A DNA stretch of 64,000 nucleotides. Origin: Chloroflexota bacterium (GTDB lineage: Bacteria > Chloroflexota > Dehalococcoidia > Lucifugimonadales > UBA3495). Below are positions 56,726-64,000 of this stretch, piece by piece. The DNA is taken from positions 65,272 to 129,271 of the forward strand of contig JAPPGG010000043.1 in assembly GCA_028875055.1 (NCBI GenBank). Direction: 5' to 3'. Under the pieces are notes generated by a model. That model saw nothing but the letters and a program-made list of their open reading frames with translations. It did no database searches and was not told the origin of the DNA. The translations under genes and the position numbers were made by a program. The number at the start of each line of letters is the position of its first letter. Positions within the stretch are counted from its first letter, which is position 1.

Positions 56726-59301
56726 GCCTGGGCTCCCTCGGTGGTTTGCCTGCGACTCCGCAGCAGGTGGAACAGCAGCGGCATCCGGATTTCCAGCCAG
56801 GCCTGCACCAGGCGCTCCCCGTCCTCTTCCGAAGGCTCCCGCCGTCCGTACAGGTGGCCCACGTAGGTGCGGCCAATGACCGACAGCTGCTGGCGGTGGT
56901 CCGGCAATTCCCCGTAGAGGCGTTCCATATACTGGAAGGGAGTCTGGTAGCTGGCGGGGCCCACGGCGTTCAGCCGGCCCAGGTTGGCCAGGCGGCGGAA
57001 GGCAACCTCGGGGTCGGGCGATGGCGACAGGAACCTGCGCCACAGGAACCATACTACAAGCCCCGCGGCCGCCAGGAATGCGAGGACGCCGGCGATCCAG
57101 GGCAGGTATTGTTCCAGCAATTGAATAATCTGCCCCGTCTCCTGCAGGCCGGCCGGGCTCTCGGGAATGAACTCTTCCTCGCAGTCTTCCTCGTCTTCAA
57201 ATTCGCACAGGGGTATTTCCAGCGCCGTCGAGGTCAGGCCGGAAAGATCCGGGCCCTCCACCGGGGCCGGCCGCGTCGCCACGGGAATGGTGGCGCCAGG
57301 GGTTGGCTCGAAGCTGATCCACCCGTAACGGGGGAAGAACACCTCCACCCAACCGTGGCTGTGGCTGTCGGTAACCACGTATATGTCATGGTCCGGTACC
57401 GGGTTGCCCACGGTATAACCCGTAACCATCCGGGCGGGTATGCCCTGGGTACGGAGCAGAACGGTCATGGCCGAGGCGAAGTACTCGCTGTAACCCATCT
57501 TCTGCTCGAACAGGAAATAGTCCACGCCGTCGGCATCGTAGGGCGGCGGATTGATGGACAGCGAATAAGGCAGGGTCTTCAGGTACGCCTCGACGGCCTT
57601 GGCCTTCTCATAGGGTGTGTCGGCCTCCGCCGCCAACTCCCGACCCAGGTCGCGGACACGCTGGGGAAGATCCGGCGGCAGCGCCGTGTACTTGTCCAGC
57701 GCCCAGGTGGGATAGTCCAGGCCGGCCAGGCGCAAATCCTCTGCAGTGGCCAGCGATACGGACGAGGTAACCTCGTAGGTCTCGCCCTGCTTGAACTCCT
57801 TGTCTGCGGAGCGGAGGGACAGGGTGTCGGGCTGTTCGGGCAGTATCTCCGCCAGGGCCACCCCCTGCACGTGATCCCCCTCCCTGGCGACGTCCACCAG
57901 GTGGAAGCCGTCGGGCACCGACTGGGCCAGCTGGGACCGCCCCGCCATCGGACCGGCCTCGCGCAGTACCCGGTCCAAGTTGACGGAAGCAATGTCCAGC
58001 TTGGGGTATGTCTGGCCCAGCTGCAGGGGTCCGCTCAGGTCAATGTTATAGACGGGTGAGTCGTAGGTTTCGATCCGCACATCCCTGTCGGAAGAAATAA
58101 TCTGCCCTCCGGCAAAGAGGTTGCGGGTGCGGTAGTTGGGCGTCAGGGTATGGGTGACCTCGAACCGTTTCTCGTAGGGTTGGGGGGCGGAATGGGTGGG
58201 CGTCCAGTTCGTGGGCTGCAGCTCCGTGTTCTCGGAAATCCAGCCCTTGGGAGTATAGGTGCCGTAGCTGCGCGCCTTCCAGTACATGGCCACCGGCGAG
58301 TCCACCTGGAGCACCGGCGTGGTGGTGGGGTTGATGGTGCCCTGGAAGGCCATCACATCGCTCCAGATGCGGTAGGGCAGGGGTTTGCGCGCGGGCAGAC
58401 CTGCGAAAAGGCGGTTAAAGTCCTCCTCAAACTGTACGTAGGGAGACCGGGTGTACTCGTAAACGTTGTGGGCCTCCTGCCAGAACCGGTCGCCGGGCAC
58501 AATCCTGGGAACTATCAGGAACGCGACCAGCAGCACCATGAAGGTCACAATCACGCTGTCCGAAACCGACAGTATCCCCAGGTGGCTGTCGGCCTGGAAG
58601 CCGCGTTCCCGCCACTCGTTCAGGCGTCGAACCGCCTGTACGCGGGCCACCAGCAGCAGGCCGGTGAACAGGTAGAACACGAGATAGGTGATTCCCTCTG
58701 AGGGCAGGAAGGTGAGGTTGCTTAGCAGCGCAGCGCCGCCCAGCACGAAGACGCCCCAGAAGCTGCGGTAGCGGGAGAACACCCAGGCAGCCAGATAGCC
58801 GGCCAGCCAGGTGAGGCACATCAGGGCAAAGGCGAAGGGCACCCGGTCTATGTTGATGCCGCCCGTTTCCGCCGCCGCCCACCACAGGCTCAGCCGGTCG
58901 TAGAGTTCGGCGGCGCTGGCCAGCTCGATGCCTTCACCCTCAAAGCCGACGAGCTGCGCCGTAATGACCCAGAGGCCGATGACCAGGCCCAGCGGCAGCA
59001 GCAATGCTCCCCAGACAGGTATCCGGGACAGCGCCACCCCCGTCGCCATTGCTATCAGTATCAGGGCCTCCAGGCTGGGCGTGGGCACCCAGTCGCCTCC
59101 CCGGTCCACCGACCAGGCCACCACCAGCAGGTTGAGGGCCAGCAGGAACACCGCGGCCCAGCCGTCGGCGGGACGGCCATGGCGCCACAGCCAGAGGGCC
59201 CCCTGTACTACGGGGGCAACGGACAGCTTCCTCCCCTCCGTTGACGGGACGGCAGGGCTGGCGGCGGGCTGGCGGGCCGCTGTCTGGGTGGCGCTGGTCA
59301 C
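56722..59301 (-). CDS. Transglutaminase-like multi-pass membrane protein (TgpA-like: DUF3488 - TGase core - DUF4129-like tail)
   Basis: N-terminal polytopic region. Core GYSEYFASAMTVLLRTQGIPARMVTGY ... SHSHGWVEVFF..YGWISFEPTP. GTG start overlaps the DUF58 stop (GTGA). Confidence 0.82.
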   Translation of the reverse strand: MTSATQTAARQPAASPAVPSTEGRKLSVAPVVQGALWLWRHGRPADGWAAVFLLALNLLVVAWSVDRGGDWVPTPSLEALILIAMATGVALSRIPVWGALLLPLGLVIGLWVITAQLVGFEGEGIELASAAELYDRLSLWWAAAETGGINIDRVPFAFALMCLTWLAGYLAAWVFSRYRSFWGVFVLGGAALLSNLTFLPSEGITYLVFYLFTGLLLVARVQAVRRLNEWRERGFQADSHLGILSVSDSVIVTFMVLLVAFLIVPRIVPGDRFWQEAHNVYEYTRSPYVQFEEDFNRLFAGLPARKPLPYRIWSDVMAFQGTINPTTTPVLQVDSPVAMYWKARSYGTYTPKGWISENTELQPTNWTPTHSAPQPYEKRFEVTHTLTPNYRTRNLFAGGQIISSDRDVRIETYDSPVYNIDLSGPLQLGQTYPKLDIASVNLDRVLREAGPMAGRSQLAQSVPDGFHLVDVAREGDHVQGVALAEILPEQPDTLSLRSADKEFKQGETYEVTSSVSLATAEDLRLAGLDYPTWALDKYTALPPDLPQRVRDLGRELAAEADTPYEKAKAVEAYLKTLPYSLSINPPPYDADGVDYFLFEQKMGYSEYFASAMTVLLRTQGIPARMVTGYTVGNPVPDHDIYVVTDSHSHGWVEVFFPRYGWISFEPTPGATIPVATRPAPVEGPDLSGLTSTALEIPLCEFEDEEDCEEEFIPESPAGLQETGQIIQLLEQYLPWIAGVLAFLAAAGLVVWFLWRRFLSPSPDPEVAFRRLANLGRLNAVGPASYQTPFQYMERLYGELPDHRQQLSVIGRTYVGHLYGRREPSEEDGERLVQAWLEIRMPLLFHLLRSRRQTTEGAQA

Positions 59302-60665
59302 GGCGAACTCCCGGAGTCGTCAGGCTCGCTGGCGCCCTGGTACGAGTACTGTGGCTGCGCAGGAGACGTTGGGGACATTGAGGACATGGAATCGGGCGCC
59401 TGCCCGCTGCCGTTCTCCTCTCTTCCACCCATCTCCTGGCGGGGAGCGAAGAAGGCATAGGGCTGGTCAAACACAGGTACCTGCAATGCTTCATTCAGGG
59501 GACGGCCCCGCCGCACCAGGTACACGGGGATGTCGTTGGAATGCAGAAAGTCCATCGGCGACTGGACTTCCTCGGGGGCGCCGAAGTCCGTGGGTTCCAC
59601 GTAAATCACCGCGACGTTCACCCCGTCCCGTCGCAGGCTGGCCAGGGCGGGTATCCACTCGGAACGGCGGGAGGGGGTTATTACCGTCAGGGCATTAAAA
59701 CGGCTCAGGTGGGGCTGCAGGTCATAGATGAATCGCTCCAGGGTCAGGTTGCCCCGCGCCCTTACGCCGGCCAGCGCCTCCATCAGGTTGCCCACGTGGC
59801 TGGGCCCGGATCCAGGGCGCATCAGCCAGGTCTGGTCGCCGTTGGTGGCCATGCCCACCGGCATGGAAAGCTGGTCGAACCGCTCGATGAGGGAGGCCGC
59901 AACGGTTACGGCCAGCTCCTCGCTGTTGTCCACCGGGTCGTCGCCCACGTGGGAACTGCGCTGCATATCCACCAGCACCCAGCTTTCGGCGGAAATGCCC
60001 ATGTCAAATTCCTTGACCATCAGGCTGTTCATGCGGGCGGTGTAGGGCCAGTGGATCTGGCGGAAGCTGTCGCCGTAAACGTACTCCCGCACCCCCGAGG
60101 ACTCGGGAGTAATGTGGTCCGAGCGACGGGTTACGCGGTGGTCGCTGGGCAGAAAAGCGAAGCGGGGGTCCAGGTCAGGCAGCGGCTCCGTGGACGGAAA
60201 CACCACGTACTGCTCCGACTCCAGGAACCGCCGGCTGAGCCGGAACAGCCCGAAGGGATCCTGGCTGGTAACCTCAACTACTCCGGTATTGAAGACGCCC
60301 CTGCGGGCCAGGTAGGTCTCAATGCGCCAGCTGCGGGACTGGTCCCGCACCATGGCGATGCCCCGACCGGTGGTGTAGCCGGGTACGTCGGTAACCTCCC
60401 GCACTTCCAGCCAGGACTTGGGAAACCGGAAGCGGTTGGTTACCTGCAGCTGGCCCTCCAGGTAGCCGCCCACCTGACCCCGGTGGGAAAGGCGGGTCAG
60501 CCGAACCTGGAGACCCTGCAGGTTAATCCAGGCCCAGAAAAGTCCGAAAGCCAGGACCAGGGCAATTACGTACAGGAAACGGTAGAAGAAGGAAAAGCCC
60601 GTGCCCAGGGTGTAGAAGGTGACTACCCCCAGCAGGATCAGAATGCCGATAGTCCGCTTGCTCAC
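59298..60665 (-). CDS. DUF58 (vWA-like) protein
   Basis: VREYVYGDSFRQIHWPYTARMNSLMVKEF is the DUF58 signature. Two N-terminal TM helices. Confidence 0.85.
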   Translation of the reverse strand: MSKRTIGILILLGVVTFYTLGTGFSFFYRFLYVIALVLAFGLFWAWINLQGLQVRLTRLSHRGQVGGYLEGQLQVTNRFRFPKSWLEVREVTDVPGYTTGRGIAMVRDQSRSWRIETYLARRGVFNTGVVEVTSQDPFGLFRLSRRFLESEQYVVFPSTEPLPDLDPRFAFLPSDHRVTRRSDHITPESSGVREYVYGDSFRQIHWPYTARMNSLMVKEFDMGISAESWVLVDMQRSSHVGDDPVDNSEELAVTVAASLIERFDQLSMPVGMATNGDQTWLMRPGSGPSHVGNLMEALAGVRARGNLTLERFIYDLQPHLSRFNALTVITPSRRSEWIPALASLRRDGVNVAVIYVEPTDFGAPEEVQSPMDFLHSNDIPVYLVRRGRPLNEALQVPVFDQPYAFFAPRQEMGGREENGSGQAPDSMSSMSPTSPAQPQYSYQGASEPDDSGSSP

Positions 60666-60827
60666 AGTCCGGTTACCTGAAGGTTTACGTTCGGCTGGAA
60701 ATTAGCTGGCAAAGAATACCATATATTGTGGCGAACCAGAAGCACGGCCCGTCGTATCAAAGGTCACCGCGCCAGGGGAGCGGTTCCGGCAGGCCAGGCC
60801 GGACAATACCGGTTCAGCCGCCGCTCC

Positions 60828-61784
60828 CTAGACCTGGGCCATGCCGGGAACGGTAATCTGGTTGAGCAGGTCGTTGATAAGCTCGTCGGCGCGGATGCCC
60901 CGCATCCTGGCCGAAGGGGACAGGACCAGGCGGTGGGCCAGCACCGAGGTAGCCAGCGACTTGACGTCGTCGGGAATCACGTAGTCCCGGTCTTGCACCA
61001 GGGCCATGGCCCGGGCGATGCGGAACAGGCCCAGCGTGGCCCGGGGCGAAGCCCCCAGGGCCACGTCCCGGTGGTTTCGCGTCGATTCGGTCAGGGATAC
61101 GATGTACTGGCGGACCAGCCGGTCCACGTACACCTCCTTGGCGGCTTCCTGCAGGGCCGTCACCTCTTCCGGAGTGGCCACCGGCTCCAGGGAGTCGATG
61201 GGATGGGTAAGCTCCTGCCGCTCGATGATGGCCATTTCTTCGTTGAAGTCGGGATACCCCAGGCTGAGGCGCATCAGGAACCGGTCCAGCTCCGCCTCGG
61301 GCAGGGGAAAGGTGCCTTCGTACTCGATGGGATTCTGGGTGGCCACCACCATGAAGGGCGGCGCCAGGGTGTGGGAAACGCCGTCCACCGTTACCTGCAG
61401 TTCCTCCATGGCTTCCAGCAGGGCCGCCTGGGTTTTAGGGGTGGCGCGGTTGATTTCGTCGGCCAGCACCACCTGGGACATTATGGGACCGGGGCGGAAG
61501 GCAAAGTCCCCGCTCTGCTGGTTATAAACGGAAATGCCGGTCACGTCGCTGGGCAACAGGTCCGGGGTGAACTGGATGCGCTGGAAGGAACAGCCCACGG
61601 AGATGGCCAGCGCCTTGGACAGGGTGGTCTTGCCCACCCCCGGCACGTCTTCCACCAGGATGTGGCCCTGGGCTATGAGGGTGGCGAGGGCCTGCTGCAC
61701 CGCCGAGGTTTTGCCGACAATAACCTTGCCCACATTCTCCACGATGCGATGGCCCACAGCGGCCAGAGAAGCGGTATCCTGCAA
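60828..61784 (-). CDS. MoxR-family AAA+ ATPase
   Basis: GHILVEDVPGVGKTTL Walker A, VLADEINRATPKTQAALLEAMEE Walker B/sensor region, 318 aa. Confidence 0.9.
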   Translation of the reverse strand: MQDTASLAAVGHRIVENVGKVIVGKTSAVQQALATLIAQGHILVEDVPGVGKTTLSKALAISVGCSFQRIQFTPDLLPSDVTGISVYNQQSGDFAFRPGPIMSQVVLADEINRATPKTQAALLEAMEELQVTVDGVSHTLAPPFMVVATQNPIEYEGTFPLPEAELDRFLMRLSLGYPDFNEEMAIIERQELTHPIDSLEPVATPEEVTALQEAAKEVYVDRLVRQYIVSLTESTRNHRDVALGASPRATLGLFRIARAMALVQDRDYVIPDDVKSLATSVLAHRLVLSPSARMRGIRADELINDLLNQITVPGMAQV

Positions 61785-61887
61785 GTTGGCCTCCGATATA
61801 CGTTCATATGCGGGCTGAGGAGGTTCTCATCCTGCCCAAATGCCCAAGGATTTTAACACAAGCAGCAAGGCAACACACCTAACTCTC

Positions 61888-62083
61888 GGTGCTATCGCAT
61901 GAGTGAGTAAATTGTCATTCTGAGCTTGCCGAAGAATCTAAACTCCTCCCCACCAACTGGCTTTCGGACCCGTAGCGAGGCCGTGGGGAAGGATTTCAGG
62001 CCCTTCGGCAAGCTCAGGGCGACATAGCTTTGCCTTGCGGATATTAGCCGACTGCAGGACGAATCTTTCATGCGATTGCCCTG
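61888..62083. repeat. MITE-like repeat, family A, copy 4 (divergent)
   Basis: gtcattctgagcttgccgaagaatc ... ggcccttcggcaagctcagggcgacat ... tgcgattgccctg. Same layout and length as the other copies. The left boundary is approximate. Confidence 0.65.
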
Positions 62084-62101
62084 ACCTAACTCTCAAGCTG
62101 G

Positions 62102-62281
62102 GCAACAGTTCGGGGTTGATATTCACGGAGGCCTGTAACTCGTCATTCCGGCCTGCGCCGGAATCCGGCAAGGCTGACAGTGAATCCAGGTCAAGCGGGG
62201 CAAGAAGTCCTGGATACCGGCGAAAGCAGGTATGATGGGGCAGGCGGGCAGGGGAATCCCATACCAACTCTTAACTCTTGC
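62102..62281. repeat. MITE-like repeat, family B (180 bp)
   Basis: GCAACAGTTCGGGGTTG ... CCAACTCTTAACTCTTGC termini. Internal cgtcattccggcctgcgccggaatcc hairpin. Lies directly beside the family-A copy. Confidence 0.72.
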
Positions 62282-62433
62282 CTCCGGCGCGCCGAATCAG
62301 CCGGGCCTCACCATCTCTGGTATCATTTCGAGGCGGGCGGCAACCGCCTTGCGCCGACATCCACCAGGTTTTCTGCTGCGTATAATAAATACGATCAGCC
62401 ATCGCAAACTATTCGCAGCCCAAGGAGCATCAA

Positions 62434-63933
62434 GTGAACCACTCCTGTCGTACCCGAAAGCGCGGGGGCCCCTGGCGCCAGGGCCGGAGAGTTGCCGCCG
62501 CCTTGCTGTCGCTTATGCTGATCCCGGCCCTGGCCTGCGGCTCCAGCGCCGCGCCGGAAGCCCCTGCGCCAGCGGCAGAGACGGCTCCCTTGCCCACGGC
62601 CGCCAGCGTTCAGGCTGTCTCCGAGGCCGTCGCGGCAACCCCGGCCGAACCCGCCGAGGTCCTTCCCGTCACCACCCAATCAATGGAGGAATCGAGCCCG
62701 GCCGAAGCAGTATCAGAACCGGCAGCCGGGTCCGAGCCGGAACCCACGGCAGCCGCCGAGGTCAAGCCCGAGCCGGCTCCGTCGCCCACCGTTTCCGTCG
62801 GCGACCTGGCCGCCATCGTGGAGGCCAGTCCCGTGGCAGACGCGGTGGTGGAACCGGAGCCGGAACCCACCGCCGAGGTCCAGAGGGAACGGGCCGAGGG
62901 ACCCCTGGCCGCCGAACCGGTGGGCATCAACGCCTGGATTAACAGCGACCCCCTGACCCTGGAACAGCTACGGGGGAAGGTCGTCCTGGTGGACTTCTGG
63001 ACCTATACCTGCGTCAACTGTATCCGGACCTTCCCCTTCCTGAAGCTCTGGCACTCCCGCTATGCCGACGACGGGCTGGTCATCCTGGGGGTGCACACTC
63101 CCGAGTTCGAGTTCGAAAAGGACTACGCCAACGTCCTGCAGGCTACCGAGGAAAACGGCATCGAGTGGCCCGTGGCCCAGGACAATGATTTTGCTACCTG
63201 GCTGGCCTACGAAAACCGCTACTGGCCGGCCAAGTACCTTATTGACCAGGACGGGGTTATCCGTTACACCCACTTCGGCGAGGGACAGTACGCCGAAACC
63301 GAGGAGGAAATCCGCAAGCTGCTGGAGGAATCGGGCGCCGACCTGTCCGACGACGTGGTCCTGCCCGAAGACCAGATGCTTGACCCGCTCTTCCTCCAGA
63401 GCACGTCGGCCGACGTTACTCCCGAGCTTTACGCCGGCTACCAGCGCAACTACAACACCATAACCAGCGGCTTCCTGCCCTACGTTATCCAGTATGACTA
63501 CTATGATGCCGTGGACACGGTGGTGAACCTGGTGGCGCCTCTCGAACTGGAACGCCACCACCTGTATTTTCACGGCACGTGGCAGGTGGGCCGGGAATAC
63601 GTCAAGCACGGCCGCACCACCCGGAATTTCGAGGACTACATTGCCCTGGAGTATTCCGCCAGGAGCGTCAACGCGGTCCTTACCTCCGACTCCGGCGAGC
63701 CTTACCAGGTGCGCATTACCCTGGACGGCGAATACCTGACCGAGGACAATGCGGGGGCCGACATTCACTTTGATGAAGAGGGCCGTAGCTTCCTGATGGT
63801 GGACCAGCCGCGCCTGTACGCGATTATCGACAGCCCCACCTACACCCAGGGACAGACGCTGCTGATGAGTTCCAATTCCGACAACTTTGGCGTGTTTGCC
63901 TTTACCTTCGGCATTTACACGGAGGGTCCGTAA
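62434..63933 (+). CDS. Secreted thioredoxin-fold thiol-disulfide oxidoreductase, DipZ C-terminal-like
   Basis: Lipobox IPALACGS, Ala/Glu/Pro-rich tether. VVLVDFWTYTCVNCIRTFP (CxxC) and the DipZ-like C-terminal beta domain. GTG start after AAGGAG. Confidence 0.8.
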   Translation: MNHSCRTRKRGGPWRQGRRVAAALLSLMLIPALACGSSAAPEAPAPAAETAPLPTAASVQAVSEAVAATPAEPAEVLPVTTQSMEESSPAEAVSEPAAGSEPEPTAAAEVKPEPAPSPTVSVGDLAAIVEASPVADAVVEPEPEPTAEVQRERAEGPLAAEPVGINAWINSDPLTLEQLRGKVVLVDFWTYTCVNCIRTFPFLKLWHSRYADDGLVILGVHTPEFEFEKDYANVLQATEENGIEWPVAQDNDFATWLAYENRYWPAKYLIDQDGVIRYTHFGEGQYAETEEEIRKLLEESGADLSDDVVLPEDQMLDPLFLQSTSADVTPELYAGYQRNYNTITSGFLPYVIQYDYYDAVDTVVNLVAPLELERHHLYFHGTWQVGREYVKHGRTTRNFEDYIALEYSARSVNAVLTSDSGEPYQVRITLDGEYLTEDNAGADIHFDEEGRSFLMVDQPRLYAIIDSPTYTQGQTLLMSSNSDNFGVFAFTFGIYTEGP

Positions 63934-64000
63934 TGTTGCGCCTGCCGGACAGGCTTGACTTTCGAGGGCGCCGCTGGAGGCCGTGGCCGGCCCTGGGAGC
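63933..64000 (+). CDS. Start of an unidentified ORF (truncated by the window end)
   Basis: ATG overlaps the preceding TAA (TAATG). Only about 22 codons are visible (MLRLPDRLDFRGRRWRPWPALG). Confidence 0.25.
   Translation, partial: MLRLPDRLDFRGRRWRPWPALG

Overview
High-GC bacterial chromosomal segment; hand counts on single 60-nt lines give about 60-73% G+C in core genes. No rRNA, tRNA or CRISPR array was recognised. The backbone is metabolic and housekeeping. It includes a copper amine oxidase, a DUF255 thioredoxin-like protein, a Cys/Met PLP enzyme and two paralogous clusters of a split hot-dog hydratase plus HSD17B4-like SDRs. It also includes an LLM oxidoreductase, trxB, asnS, gatCA, sulfopyruvate-decarboxylase-like TPP subunits, a DtxR-family regulator, an Fe(III)-type ABC system, a peptide-type ABC locus (three family-5 binding proteins, two permeases, an M28 peptidase, no ATPase), a class I/II aminotransferase, a 5'-3' exonuclease, a hydantoinase-like amidohydrolase, a moxR-DUF58-transglutaminase-ogt operon and a DipZ-like thiol-disulfide protein. 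Three visibly low-GC insertions (about 38-50% on sampled lines) carry defence-like genes. These are (i) a GmrSD-like DUF262/DUF1524 enzyme fused to an AlbA_2/Schlafen-like domain at 11496-13766, (ii) an ABC-type ATPase plus DUF4276-like pair at 48968-50761, and (iii) a fused OLD-like ATPase-Toprim gene at 52216-53781. The last two bracket the native-GC hydantoinase gene. Other notable points: two toxin-antitoxin-like loci each broken by a single-nt frameshift (AbrB-type at 1308-1578, hicA at 20015-20226); a tandemly duplicated module of a small all-alpha (PaREP1-like?) protein plus an SDR; a TPP beta-subunit paralogue that has lost the GDG...NN cofactor motif; a transglutaminase core with Ser/His/Glu in place of Cys/His/Asp; six phased 10-bp repeats in the amine oxidase promoter; and at least four families of intergenic hairpin or MITE-like repeats. 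The paralogue-rich SDR/MaoC/LLM/SBP content is reminiscent of marine Chloroflexota, but this is only an impression. All family names come from motif recognition by eye and need HMM or BLAST confirmation.
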